A stretch of DNA of 64,000 nt from an uncultured virus (IMG/VR IMGVR_UViG_3300026963_000002) (IMGVR_UViG_3300026963_000002); one strand, 5' to 3'. Shown: positions 48,294 through 58,754, counted from the first letter of the stretch. Numbers and translations: made by a program. Notes: a model not told the origin generated them from the sequence alone.

Positions 48294-50738
48294 ATGGGCA
48301 AGATCAAGGTTCGAGTCAAGGGCGAGGAACGCACCATCCGCAACATCAAGCGCGACTTGAAGCGCGGGATGGACAAGTCCACCGAGCAGATCGCGGAGTC
48401 TGGTCGGGACAAAGCCCTCGAAATCATCAATCGGAATCAGGCGTACTTCAACTACGAGGTCGCCAAGGGGTTCCGAATCGTCGACGGTCGGGATACCGCG
48501 ACTCGTTCCAGTATCAAGCTCATCAACGAAGCCCCTCACGCGGGGGCGCTCGACGCTGGTGTACCGGCGTCCGAGTACGCTGACGGCGGCCCTCCGGTTC
48601 AAGCCCTACTCCCGTGGGTCGCCCGGAAGATGCAGGGCTTCTCCCTCGGGGGAGACGACGACGGCGGTGGCGGCGACGGCGGCTCCGTGTTCGACGTAGG
48701 CCCCGACGTTCCCCGGTCGCTCACCGGACGCTACGACGCCGACGACGTGGAAGAAGGCGACCGAGTGTTCATCAAGTACGACGAAGACATTGACTACCTC
48801 GTTGACGTTGTAGAGAAGAACGACGACTCGTTCGTTGCGCTTCAGGGGGACGGCTCCCGCTACGAAGTGGACTATTCGGACATTATCTCCCCGCTCGGGG
48901 AACACCCGTCGCTGGATAGTGACGGACGGGCCGACGTGGGAGATCGCGTCTACTGGTACGACGAAGACGGGAATCTCCTGTACGGCTACGTCACGGGTGA
49001 CGCCCACTACATTGGGTACAATCGACGGTACGTGGTCGAAGAAGTGGACTCCGACGAGAGCCACATGGTTCCGGTTACTCGGGTTCTTCAGGTCGAAGAC
49101 AGGCCGGAGTACGACGAATCGTTTGCTACCGACTCGATGAAGCGAGTCTTCATCCGCGACACAGCGGGTGGGAAGGCTCAGATGGCCTACTACAAGGCCG
49201 AGGTCGTCGCGTACAACGAACACTCCGGGGAAACCGCTCGTGGCGTCGTCTCAAGTCCGCCGATCAACAAGAACGACGGCTTCAAAGTGGAGCTGGACAA
49301 CGGCGAGGAGTTCGACGTTGACGACGACCTGAACGGATGGGTGATTCGTGACCTCGAAGACTTCACGCAGGTTTCGGAGTCCCGGCAGGACGAGCTGATG
49401 CTCGGCCACTTCGATGATGTGGTAGCGAAGACCGATGGGGACGGCGGCGTTCCCTCCCCGGCTGACGTTCAAAATCTCCGCGACGGCGTGGAGGATTTCA
49501 TCTTCCCGTCCTTCGAGGACAGGGAACACCTCGGTCGGGTTATCTTCGAGTGGGAGAACGCTCGGATTCGGCAAGACCGCGATCACGTCGGGTCAGACCC
49601 GGACGGGTGGCGGCTTCAGCACTCTCCCGGCTCGGGGAATAGATGGGAAACGACCCTTGGGCACGAGTTTGGTCACGCATACAGCCAGCCAACGGATGTG
49701 AGATACACGTTCTACGGGAACGACCCCGACGAGTACCACTTCGCAGGCCCGTGGTCGAAGCGTAACGACCCGTCGCACTCCCATATGTACGACTCCGGGC
49801 TTCCCGACTGGAATCCCTACGATGAGGAAAACGCAGTTCACGGCTACATCGAGTCGTACATGGCTATTGACGACTCGGCCCCGAGGCGGGTTCGGTACTC
49901 GAACGGGAAGCTCGTCGACGATAACCGCGACCAGCTTGACCCCTATGGTTTCCACGATTGGGAAGACGAGGTGGAAGAAATCGCCCGGCTCGATGCTCAG
50001 GGGAAGTCTCCGGCGACAGAGGCCCTGAAAGACCACATTCGGGAAGTGACCGCGAAGCAGGTTCTCAAGCCCGACGACATGAAGCTCGAACAGGGCGACT
50101 TCGTTGCGGTTCGCCGTGATGGAGAGCTGGAAGTTCTCGAATTTACGGGGTTGGATGGGACACCATCGACGTTCAGCGCGAGCGACGAGGAGGGCGTCCC
50201 GAACAGCGCAATCGCTTACGGATTCAAGAAACCGCACGAGGACTACGGCGACGAGGGGTTCTACGTTGATGAAGACGGCATGATTTACGCGACCTCTACG
50301 AATGATTGGGGTGAAGTGACGCTCTCGAAAGAGGACGCTCCTGAGTTCGTCGGGACGATTGAACGGAAGTTCTACGACGAGTCTCTGGACGAGTTCCCCG
50401 AGCTGACCACTCCCGAGTCAGAGCCGAAGAAGCGGCTTCAGGAGGCGGCGAATATGGCGTTCTGGTATCAGGTCGTCCATATCGCTAACGACCAATCTCC
50501 GAACAAGGCCGACTCGAAGGAGATCGTGTTCCGGGGCGGCTATTCGTCTACCTACTTCGAGGAGGTCATGTCCACGTTCAGCGAGGCCATGACTGTCCCG
50601 AATCCGAGTCGGAAGCAGTTGAAGAAACTCCGGGTGTTGGTGGACACGTACCCATACTTCGTGCGGGCATACCTGCTAACACGGAAACCCGTAAGTAGCG
50701 AGGCTGAGAAGATACTGAAAGACGAGGGATTCCTATGA
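48294..50738 (+). CDS. HK97-gp10-like neck N-domain fused to large cargo region with HEXXH motif
   Basis: N-term APHA..LDAG...PP...L.PW..RK; Gly/Asp linker; GHEFGH. Confidence 0.65.
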   Translation: MGKIKVRVKGEERTIRNIKRDLKRGMDKSTEQIAESGRDKALEIINRNQAYFNYEVAKGFRIVDGRDTATRSSIKLINEAPHAGALDAGVPASEYADGGPPVQALLPWVARKMQGFSLGGDDDGGGGDGGSVFDVGPDVPRSLTGRYDADDVEEGDRVFIKYDEDIDYLVDVVEKNDDSFVALQGDGSRYEVDYSDIISPLGEHPSLDSDGRADVGDRVYWYDEDGNLLYGYVTGDAHYIGYNRRYVVEEVDSDESHMVPVTRVLQVEDRPEYDESFATDSMKRVFIRDTAGGKAQMAYYKAEVVAYNEHSGETARGVVSSPPINKNDGFKVELDNGEEFDVDDDLNGWVIRDLEDFTQVSESRQDELMLGHFDDVVAKTDGDGGVPSPADVQNLRDGVEDFIFPSFEDREHLGRVIFEWENARIRQDRDHVGSDPDGWRLQHSPGSGNRWETTLGHEFGHAYSQPTDVRYTFYGNDPDEYHFAGPWSKRNDPSHSHMYDSGLPDWNPYDEENAVHGYIESYMAIDDSAPRRVRYSNGKLVDDNRDQLDPYGFHDWEDEVEEIARLDAQGKSPATEALKDHIREVTAKQVLKPDDMKLEQGDFVAVRRDGELEVLEFTGLDGTPSTFSASDEEGVPNSAIAYGFKKPHEDYGDEGFYVDEDGMIYATSTNDWGEVTLSKEDAPEFVGTIERKFYDESLDEFPELTTPESEPKKRLQEAANMAFWYQVVHIANDQSPNKADSKEIVFRGGYSSTYFEEVMSTFSEAMTVPNPSRKQLKKLRVLVDTYPYFVRAYLLTRKPVSSEAEKILKDEGFL

Positions 50739-51034
50739 AGTTCGTATTCATCGAGCGGGGGAACCAAGGATGGGCTGAATATGATGAGTCCACCGAGACG
50801 TTCTCGTGGGAGTACGAGGGGAGCCACGAGGAAATCCTCGGCTTGCTCCAAGACCTCGATGATGGCCTACTCTACGATGAAATGGACACGGGTGAACCAG
50901 TTGTAGAGACGAGCCGGAGTGGTGCGGTTGCGCCGAGCGAACAGCTCGTGCCGTTGCCGTGGGACAAACAGCTTGAACATCTTGCTCGTGATCTCCGGTT
51001 CTACGGAGCGCAGGTTCATTGGGTAGACGAATAA
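50735..51034 (+). CDS. Small acidic protein, possible immunity partner
   Basis: Start overlaps the stop of the 814-aa gene. Confidence 0.6.
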   Translation: MKFVFIERGNQGWAEYDESTETFSWEYEGSHEEILGLLQDLDDGLLYDEMDTGEPVVETSRSGAVAPSEQLVPLPWDKQLEHLARDLRFYGAQVHWVDE

Positions 51035-51039
51035 TCTGA

Positions 51040-51261
51040 ATGGCTAACGACGAAATAGACGCGCTGATGGAGAAATGGGGCGAGGATACCGTCCGTAAGG
51101 CGTTTTGGCTCCAGAATCACATCAAGCACCACGGCGTGAAGGGGATTCACTTCATGCATCCCGGCCCGGACGGGGGCGAAAACGCAGAATCCCATATGCG
51201 GCAAGTCGGGCCGATGATGGCGAAACGAATCATCGAGGGTGAGATGGACGACGTTTACTAA
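51040..51261 (+). CDS. Probable detached C-terminal half of gp10-like neck protein
   Basis: AFWLQNHIKHHGVKGIHFM. Confidence 0.5.
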   Translation: MANDEIDALMEKWGEDTVRKAFWLQNHIKHHGVKGIHFMHPGPDGGENAESHMRQVGPMMAKRIIEGEMDDVY

Positions 51262-51297
51262 CGCGACGTAGCGGCTCTCTCCTTCCTCTTTTTTCCT

Positions 51298-51807
51298 ATG
51301 TTTCCTAAAGAAGCAGTCTCAACTCTAATCTCAGAGCTGAACAGTCGGATTCCTCCCCCTGTCCATACGGCGGGCATCGAGGAGGAGCGACCGATTCCAG
51401 CGGTTCTGATTGACGGTGTTGACCTGCGAAATATCAACGCGCACAACTCGAACTACGCTGGTTCTAAGTTTGATTCAACGACGGGTCACGAAGTTGCGGA
51501 AATCAACCGCTTCTACTACACGCTTCGCTTCGATCTCGTCGTTCGAGACGACTCCGAGACGGGAGCCTACGACATTCTTACTCATCTCCAAGCGGCGCTG
51601 GCTACGCTGAGTGAGAGGCCGTGGGAATCGTTCCACCCGGATGTGAACGAAATCCGGCTTCTCAGTTCGGGTTCGGTGAGCTACACGTTCAACGAGCCTG
51701 CTGAGACTGAAATCCACCAAGCCTTCGAGCTTGTATCGTTCTTCGAGACGACTGATTCTACCGACGATGTGATTCAGTCTATCTCCAAACACTTCGACAT
51801 TTCCTAA
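51298..51807 (+). CDS. Tail terminator/completion protein
   Basis: Synteny before sheath; IPAV.I motif. Confidence 0.65.
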   Translation: MFPKEAVSTLISELNSRIPPPVHTAGIEEERPIPAVLIDGVDLRNINAHNSNYAGSKFDSTTGHEVAEINRFYYTLRFDLVVRDDSETGAYDILTHLQAALATLSERPWESFHPDVNEIRLLSSGSVSYTFNEPAETEIHQAFELVSFFETTDSTDDVIQSISKHFDIS

Positions 51808-51816
51808 TTCTAACAC

Positions 51817-53109
51817 ATGGCTGACTACGGCAACACTATCGAACCCGGTATTGTCACGAATGTCAACTCGGCGCTTGCTGTCACTTCGAGTGGGGGCGCT
51901 CCTGCTGACGTTGGTATCGTGGGACAGGCTGATCTTGAGAACGGCTCGGCTGAGACGAACGCTGTCTATCAGGTCACTCGCGCGACGATTGCCCGCGAAT
52001 GGTTTGGTGAGGACAGCCCCCTTACCCGCAACGTTCTCGATGCTCTCTCCGAGGGAGCGTACCCGGTCTACGCGGTCGCGGTCGACCTCGTGGATGTTTC
52101 GGGCGAAGACCTCTCTGGTCTTGCCTCTAACACGGGCACGCTCGCGGAAGGCCCCGTGAGCGAGGACGCGACCGACACGGTGTTCACCGTGAACGGCGCG
52201 GAACTGGACACGGTTCTGGTCTACGAAGACCTGACTGACCTCTCTCCGGGCGCTGACGAGGTTTACGTGAACCCGTCGTCCCGAGAGTTCAAGATCGACG
52301 CCGAGCTGACGGTCGGGAACACGGGCGACTCTGTGGACTACACGACCGCCGACTACGAGGCGGGCCACGCGGCTCTCGCTGACGGCGCTGGCGGCGCTGT
52401 TGACTTCTTCACGACGCTGAGTGAGGATTCGGCTGTTACGGCTGACGCTCAGCAGGTTGTGAACGCGCTGGCGACTGAATACAATCTCGCGGTCGCAATC
52501 GTCGGTGCTGGCGTGGGCATCGACCCGGACTCCTACGACAACCAGTTCGACGATTCCCGCGTGCAGGTTCTCTACCCCGCTCGGGACTCGGAGGGCTACT
52601 CCACGCTCGGGGCCTACGCTGGCCTTCGTGCGAAACTCGGTATCACGACCACGCCGATCAACAAGCGCCTCTCGTCCGTCAAGTCGCTCGCTGTCAGTCT
52701 GAACAAGGCTGAGCGCGGTGCGCTGATTGACGAGCGCGTTGTTCCGCTGGCCGACGAGAATGAGGGCGCTCGGATTGCTGACGACGTGAACTCGGTGAGC
52801 GACACGAACACCGAGGAGGCGGGCATCCGCTTCGGCTTCACGCGGCTCGTGATGGACTACGTTATCACGACCGTTCGTGTGAACGAACAGCCTTTCATCG
52901 GTCGTCTGAACAGCCGTGCTGTCCGTGCGTCCCTTGAGGGTCTGCTGAGTAATCAGCTCAGTTCCCTGAAGCGGTCGAACGCTATCGTGGACTACCGCGT
53001 TACGGTGTCCCGAGTCGATGCGACGACCTCGGCTGTTGAGATTCAGGTGAAGACGGCGAAGCCCCTCCGGTTCATCGAGAACACGATCACGATTGGGACT
53101 TCGGCGTAA
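51817..53109 (+). CDS. Tail sheath protein
   Basis: PG.V, GIVG, FG..S.L, F.G..N, P..FIE..IT. Confidence 0.88.
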   Translation: MADYGNTIEPGIVTNVNSALAVTSSGGAPADVGIVGQADLENGSAETNAVYQVTRATIAREWFGEDSPLTRNVLDALSEGAYPVYAVAVDLVDVSGEDLSGLASNTGTLAEGPVSEDATDTVFTVNGAELDTVLVYEDLTDLSPGADEVYVNPSSREFKIDAELTVGNTGDSVDYTTADYEAGHAALADGAGGAVDFFTTLSEDSAVTADAQQVVNALATEYNLAVAIVGAGVGIDPDSYDNQFDDSRVQVLYPARDSEGYSTLGAYAGLRAKLGITTTPINKRLSSVKSLAVSLNKAERGALIDERVVPLADENEGARIADDVNSVSDTNTEEAGIRFGFTRLVMDYVITTVRVNEQPFIGRLNSRAVRASLEGLLSNQLSSLKRSNAIVDYRVTVSRVDATTSAVEIQVKTAKPLRFIENTITIGTSA

Positions 53110-53137
53110 AGACTCAAAACACTCTTTCTAATTCATT

Positions 53138-53677
53138 ATGTCTGCTTCTAACGTTGACCGGATTGAGAGCGCGGCGAACATCACTCTGAACATCTCGAAG
53201 GGTGGCGAACAGGTAACTGAAGGCGACTTCGAGGACACCAACTTCGGTAATTCCGACTTCGATGACGCTGGTGGCGCGGTTAACGCGGGTACTCTCCGCG
53301 TTCCGATCTCGCGGCTGGACACGACTAAGGACATTGAGATTTCCGAGATTCGGGAGTCTTCGCTGAAGGCGAGCGGTTACTCGGTCACTTCCATCAGCTA
53401 TTCCGGCTCGATGATGTTCAAGGGCGAGCGCGTCCACGGCCCCGACAACGAGCCTGTCAGCATCGAGTCGCTGATCTACGATGCTGAGGGCGTCCCAGTT
53501 CCCTGCTCTATCACCATCACCCACGAACTCTCCGGCAAGTCGGAGACGTTCGAGGACGTTCTCGTGACCTCCGACGCCTACGAGGTTCAGTCTGAGTCTG
53601 AGACAGAGACGAGCTTCGACTGGATTGCGATGGACAAGGTGATGAAAGACCCCGAAACGGACTCCGAGAGTTCGTAA
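53138..53677 (+). CDS. Tail tube protein
   Basis: Follows sheath; beta-rich. Confidence 0.8.
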   Translation: MSASNVDRIESAANITLNISKGGEQVTEGDFEDTNFGNSDFDDAGGAVNAGTLRVPISRLDTTKDIEISEIRESSLKASGYSVTSISYSGSMMFKGERVHGPDNEPVSIESLIYDAEGVPVPCSITITHELSGKSETFEDVLVTSDAYEVQSESETETSFDWIAMDKVMKDPETDSESS

Positions 53678-53734
53678 ACGGGCCGTTCTCTACTGAATCG
53701 ACCTACGACTAACTTTCTTTACACTTAATCTATC

Positions 53735-54205
53735 ATGGCTGACGAAACCGACAACGACAGTAACGACGTTAACATCTCGAAGCTCCGCGAGCTTGCTCTC
53801 CGGGGGAAGAACTATCGCGAGGAATTTGACACCGACTACCTCGGTGAAGCTCTGACTCTCTACCTCAAGCCGCTCACCGATCTTGAGTTCCTGCCGATTG
53901 CGGCGTTCCTCGAAGACAAGCTCGACATGGACGCCGAGGAAGCGAAGGAACGCATCGAGGAGGAGCGAGAGTCCGGCGAAGACAACGAAATTGACGCCTC
54001 GAACTTCGACCGGGAGTTCGTCGGCATCATGCAGGAGGCCGCCGCGAAGGGCGTAGACACCGAGCAGGGTGACGCCGAGGGTATGACCGAGGAGGAAGTC
54101 CTCGATACGATTCGGATGCTTCTCGGTGGGAAGTCCATCGAGATCGCGGAGCGTGTGTTGGACATTTCCAGCAACGCAGAGGACGCCAAAAAGTTTCGCA
54201 GATAG
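53735..54205 (+). CDS. Tail assembly chaperone
   Basis: Between tube and tape measure. Confidence 0.8.
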   Translation: MADETDNDSNDVNISKLRELALRGKNYREEFDTDYLGEALTLYLKPLTDLEFLPIAAFLEDKLDMDAEEAKERIEEERESGEDNEIDASNFDREFVGIMQEAAAKGVDTEQGDAEGMTEEEVLDTIRMLLGGKSIEIAERVLDISSNAEDAKKFRR

Positions 54206-54527
54206 CGGGGCCGCAGGCGTAGTTCTTGGCCTCAAGACCGAACTCGGCGCTGGCTTCGTCGGATGTGAAAGTCAACTCGAAATGACGCCGTTCCAGCGGC
54301 AGATTTTCGAGGCCGAGAAAGTGCGGGAACACGAGGCGGAACAAGAGCGGATGCAGGCCGCCCAAAATGGAAAGATGGGCGGTGGGGGTCGCACTCCGAA
54401 CCCCGCACATCCGAAGGTTCCCTCGGGCGGCAGTCCGGGTTCCCGGCACTCGCAGTCTGAGACGGTACGGTATGTGAACGACAACCCCGACGAGAATCCA
54501 GAGGCGAACGTCACGTTCGTTGACTAA
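54195..54527 (+). CDS. Frameshift extension of tail chaperone (+1 frame)
   Basis: Open +1 frame from TTT-CGC (54194-54199) up to the tape measure start. Confidence 0.65.
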   Translation, partial: FADSGAAGVVLGLKTELGAGFVGCESQLEMTPFQRQIFEAEKVREHEAEQERMQAAQNGKMGGGGRTPNPAHPKVPSGGSPGSRHSQSETVRYVNDNPDENPEANVTFVD

Positions 54528-54529
54528 TT

Positions 54530-56350
54530 ATGTCTGTTACAATCGACCTCGACATTCGAGCCGAGGACGTGGTTGCTACTCTCGAAGGAGTCGAAAAACA
54601 GCTCGAACGGCTGGAAAACGACTTCGACTTTTCCTTTGATGGGGACTTCAAGGCTCAGCTTGACGATATTGCCAAGACCCTCGATGGGTTGGGCGACTCG
54701 TTGGTTGACGACCTCGATGAAGTAGCCAACCGGCTCGAAGACCTCGATATTGACGTAGGCGCTCCCGCCGGAGGGGGCGACTCTGGTGGAGATACTGGAA
54801 GTGATAGCGGAGATCGCTACTTTGCGGACAACCCCGGCGCGACAATGGGGATGCGGGAAATCATGCGCCGTGTCCGTGGTGGAGACTTCGGCCCGACCGC
54901 CGATTCTGTCGCTGAGGCCGACCTCGACTTTGAAGTTGAACGGCGGGAACGCATCGAGGGGCTGAAAGAGGCCCTGACCGATTCAGTTGGTGACGGTTTC
55001 CTCTCTGGATTCCTTACGAACCGGGCGAATTGGGGCGGCTACACGTCCGACCGGAGCATGGGTATTCCGTCGATGCTCGAAGGGAAGGGCGTCTCCCCCG
55101 AGCGGCTTCGGTTCGGTAAGCTTGGAAAGGCCACCAAGCGCCTGAGCGGGAAGGTTACGAACCTCCGTGGAGTCATTCGTAGTGCGATTCCCTCGATGGC
55201 GAAGTGGTGGCAACTGATTGCGCTGGCACTCCCGGCCCTGATTACGTTCGGTATTCAGGCGGCGGGTGTCGGTGCGGCGATGCTCTCGATGGCCGCCGCT
55301 GGTGCGGCGTTCATCGGACTCGGTTTGATCGGCCACGGTGACGACATGGCTGAATCGTGGCGGAACGCTCAGCAACAGCTCTCCGACCTCAAGGAAGACC
55401 TGTTCGAGACGTTCCAGCCCTCGATGCAGACCTTCGCTCCGATTCAGGACGCTTGGTTTGATATTCTCCCGCAGAAGCTCTCGCTCGTCAACGATGAGCT
55501 GAAACAGCTTCAGGGAACCAGCTTCCAGTACGCGCTATTCGACGCTACTGGTGGGACGATTGAGTTCATCGCGGAGTTCATCAGCCGGATGCGCGAGATG
55601 GACGGAATGATTGCTCAGCTCGCCATGCGGTTTGGGGATATTATCGGTACGAACATCCTCAACTTCTTCTCGTGGCTTGTCCAAGAAGCCTATCTGAATC
55701 AGGAGACGCTGATTCGGCTCGGACAGGTTATCGCTGACGTTGTGGAGATCATCTACAATCTCTCCAAGGTCTTCTCTCAGCTCATCATCGTCTTTAGTCC
55801 GCTCATCGGCTTCGTGCTGTGGCTGACTCGAACATTCGAGAGTCGCCTTGCGCGGGCGATTATCTCTGTGCTGGTGGTCGTCGGCGTGTTCGTCGGCCTG
55901 CTGGTGAAGACTATCGCTGTGATGGCGAAGCTCCGTATCGCTCTGCTGATTATGAGCATCACGGGGTCGGGCGCTATGGCTTCCTTCGCGGGGTCGGCGC
56001 TCACCGCGCTGAGTGCTGTTCAAGCGAAGGTGTGGGCCACTATCATGTCCCTCACCGCGCTTCAGGCGGCTCTGGTTGCGACGGGGATTGGCGCTCTGCT
56101 GGTCGGCGGTGGCCTGCTTGCGTACAAGGCCCTGAAGCCGAAAGGCCCGCCGTCCGGTGGTAGCGGTTACTCCGGGTACACGGACAGCGGTTACGGGAAT
56201 ACGGTCATCAACGAGGGTGACACCTACAACTTCAACGTTGACGGTTCGATTGACGGGCCGACTGAGGAGAAGATGTGGGATATTGCTTCGCTGAACAACC
56301 AGACCGACTCCACGCGGTCGCTGAATCTCAACGATGGAGAAGGAACCTAA
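54530..56350 (+). CDS. Tape measure protein
   Basis: Helical, hydrophobic Ala/Gly-rich segments; synteny. Confidence 0.85.
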   Translation: MSVTIDLDIRAEDVVATLEGVEKQLERLENDFDFSFDGDFKAQLDDIAKTLDGLGDSLVDDLDEVANRLEDLDIDVGAPAGGGDSGGDTGSDSGDRYFADNPGATMGMREIMRRVRGGDFGPTADSVAEADLDFEVERRERIEGLKEALTDSVGDGFLSGFLTNRANWGGYTSDRSMGIPSMLEGKGVSPERLRFGKLGKATKRLSGKVTNLRGVIRSAIPSMAKWWQLIALALPALITFGIQAAGVGAAMLSMAAAGAAFIGLGLIGHGDDMAESWRNAQQQLSDLKEDLFETFQPSMQTFAPIQDAWFDILPQKLSLVNDELKQLQGTSFQYALFDATGGTIEFIAEFISRMREMDGMIAQLAMRFGDIIGTNILNFFSWLVQEAYLNQETLIRLGQVIADVVEIIYNLSKVFSQLIIVFSPLIGFVLWLTRTFESRLARAIISVLVVVGVFVGLLVKTIAVMAKLRIALLIMSITGSGAMASFAGSALTALSAVQAKVWATIMSLTALQAALVATGIGALLVGGGLLAYKALKPKGPPSGGSGYSGYTDSGYGNTVINEGDTYNFNVDGSIDGPTEEKMWDIASLNNQTDSTRSLNLNDGEGT

Positions 56351-56884
56351 ATGAGTAGTTCTGAATATAATTTCGATGAAGACCCTATCTCTGAGGGGCC
56401 GAACGACACGATCACGTTCCGCGTGGTCGCGTTGGGTGAACCTGCAATAGAAGACGAGGCGGCTGATGAGGTATCTCGTCCGGCTCTATTCGAGTTCGCT
56501 CCGATGTTCTACCCGGATAGGTTCAACCAGAAGTTCGACAAGGAGCTACGCCGCGAGGGTCAGCAATGCCGTGGTGAGGACGTTTCTCTAAAGAATCAGA
56601 AGAACTCCGAGTTCCACGCGACCGGGGTTATTCTTGAGGAAAACCTCCGCGTTGTTCAGGCGCTTGCGGAACACGAGGGCGTCGTGGATATGTTCACTCC
56701 TGTTTCCCCGAACGGGGGGATGGAGTGCTACATCAAGGGCGGCGACGTTGGCGAGATCGAGGGCTGGAATCCAGTTGCGAAGCAATGGATGTTCAAATAC
56801 ACTCTTGATTTCGTCTCTACTGGTCTCGACGAGTTTGGCAACGACACCGAGAACGACGTGGTGAGCAGTATTCTCGATCAATGA
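56351..56884 (+). CDS. Tail tube initiator / baseplate protein
   Basis: Synteny. Confidence 0.55.
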   Translation: MSSSEYNFDEDPISEGPNDTITFRVVALGEPAIEDEAADEVSRPALFEFAPMFYPDRFNQKFDKELRREGQQCRGEDVSLKNQKNSEFHATGVILEENLRVVQALAEHEGVVDMFTPVSPNGGMECYIKGGDVGEIEGWNPVAKQWMFKYTLDFVSTGLDEFGNDTENDVVSSILDQ

Positions 56885-58317
56885 ATTGCGAAGACGCAGA
56901 TATTACGTTCGCGTTTATCGGGACGGACAACGATCTCGATAATCCGATTGTGGAAATTCGCCCGCTCACGATGGATTTCCAGCGGAATCGCAATAAGTTC
57001 GATTTTGCTCGCGCCAAGTTCTCGAAAGGTGTGGCTGAACACGTCGAGTCGGCTGTCCACGATGAGGATGGCGCACTTCACCGCCCCCGCCCGGTTGTTA
57101 TCAAACTCGGCGGGATTCCGGTTCACCGGATGCTCTACCTTCCCGACGCGATTCACTTCGGGAGCAACAACGTCCACATCGAGCTACACGACTGTCAGAA
57201 GTACCTCGACCGGGGCGTTGTAGACTACCAGCGGCAGAACGTCCGCCTCGAAGACGCTTATCGCTACGTGTTCGGCCAGCGGGACACCTCGGACGGCGAG
57301 ATGTTCTCTGGTATCGACTTCTCAGTTCCCGATTCCGCGTTCGAGCAACTGAACAGTCGGATGAAGCCCGGAATGGGGCCTATCGACTTGAAAAACCGCA
57401 AGACGTGGCGGCTGATTGAGGAACAGGAGCGTACTGACGAACACACGGTTCGCCACCAAGAAGACGTAATCCGCGATCTCGAAGCCGAGAACGTTCACAA
57501 CATCATCGACGGGCACTACGCGCTCGATTTTGAGCAGATTTCCCCGTGGGAAGCTATCCTCGAAATGAACGAGAAGTTCGGCGTCACGACGTGGGTGGCC
57601 CCGGACGGGAAGTTTTGGGTCGGCAGTCGGGACGCTACCGGCATCGATCACATCGCGGCTCCTGATGACCCCCGAGTGTGGCGGCTTGTTGACTACAACA
57701 TCACGCCGCCCCGCGACCCGATTATGAAGGTCGTCGTTCGGGGGAAGCAGGTTCACGACCCGAACGACAGTCTCGTTAACAACATCGGGGAGTTCGTCAA
57801 CCAAGACCGGAACATCTTGGACTTCCGTATGGAGGGAGTCGCTGAACGTCCCGATATAGACTTCGGGCGTATCATCGAACCTGAAGACCTCGAAGCGGCG
57901 GCTGACGGACTGAAGGAAGTGGCCGACCGGAAGTTGAGGAACGAGCAGAAGAAGCAATGGAGCGGGAATCTTGAGCTTCTTCCATCTCACTCCGGTAGCG
58001 TCTGGACGGACATTCGGGACGTGCAGATCGGTGACTCGATTGTTACTGTCCCGCCTGAGAACAACAGCGGGGAGTGCAAGTCGGGCGTCCGGTTAGAGCG
58101 GTTCTGGATTACTGGCGTTCAGCACAAACTCGGGGAGGACGGCGAGTGGAGTCTCCGTCTGAACGTGGTTCCTGTGGAGGACGGACACCTCCACCCGGAC
58201 AACATCAAAGTCTACAATCGCTACTTCGACCCGACGAGTGGCGATTACGTCGACGAGGAAACCTACGAGGCCCGCAAGAAGGAGAACAAGGGCTTCCAGC
58301 TTAACGACATCATCTGA
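56881..58317 (+). CDS. Baseplate hub protein
   Basis: Synteny; IGD.I, F.ITGVQH...W.L.L. Confidence 0.7.
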   Translation: MNCEDADITFAFIGTDNDLDNPIVEIRPLTMDFQRNRNKFDFARAKFSKGVAEHVESAVHDEDGALHRPRPVVIKLGGIPVHRMLYLPDAIHFGSNNVHIELHDCQKYLDRGVVDYQRQNVRLEDAYRYVFGQRDTSDGEMFSGIDFSVPDSAFEQLNSRMKPGMGPIDLKNRKTWRLIEEQERTDEHTVRHQEDVIRDLEAENVHNIIDGHYALDFEQISPWEAILEMNEKFGVTTWVAPDGKFWVGSRDATGIDHIAAPDDPRVWRLVDYNITPPRDPIMKVVVRGKQVHDPNDSLVNNIGEFVNQDRNILDFRMEGVAERPDIDFGRIIEPEDLEAAADGLKEVADRKLRNEQKKQWSGNLELLPSHSGSVWTDIRDVQIGDSIVTVPPENNSGECKSGVRLERFWITGVQHKLGEDGEWSLRLNVVPVEDGHLHPDNIKVYNRYFDPTSGDYVDEETYEARKKENKGFQLNDII

Positions 58318-58319
58318 TT

Positions 58320-58754
58320 ATGATTCACGGTATAGTTACATCTACGACGGTCAGCTCCGGTATTATTCTCGCTGACGTTCAGGTGGCACGAGCGGGGGTA
58401 ACTTACAAAGAAGTGCCCATGATGCACCAATTCCCCGGACACATCCAGTCTATCACGGAGGGTTCTCGCGTCCTCCTTGACCGGACGGCGGATAATCTGT
58501 GGGTGATTCTTGGTGTTCTCGAAACGAACGAGGATATTCTACCGGACGATGTGACCGAGAATGAGCAGGTGATGGCGTTCGATGATGGGACTGAGATCAG
58601 CGTCAAGCAGTCCGACACGGACGGCTACGACGTGAATATCAACGCATCGAGTGAGTTGAACATCAAAGCATCCGGGGACGTGACGATTGAGACGGGGGGA
58701 CACCTTCAGTTCAAGTCGTCTTCGGTTGACTTCGACACCTCTGGTGGAGAATGA
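58320..58754 (+). CDS. Baseplate spike (gpV-like)
   Basis: OB-like N-terminus (G.RV...VILG) plus beta-helix repeats. Confidence 0.75.
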   Translation: MIHGIVTSTTVSSGIILADVQVARAGVTYKEVPMMHQFPGHIQSITEGSRVLLDRTADNLWVILGVLETNEDILPDDVTENEQVMAFDDGTEISVKQSDTDGYDVNINASSELNIKASGDVTIETGGHLQFKSSSVDFDTSGGE

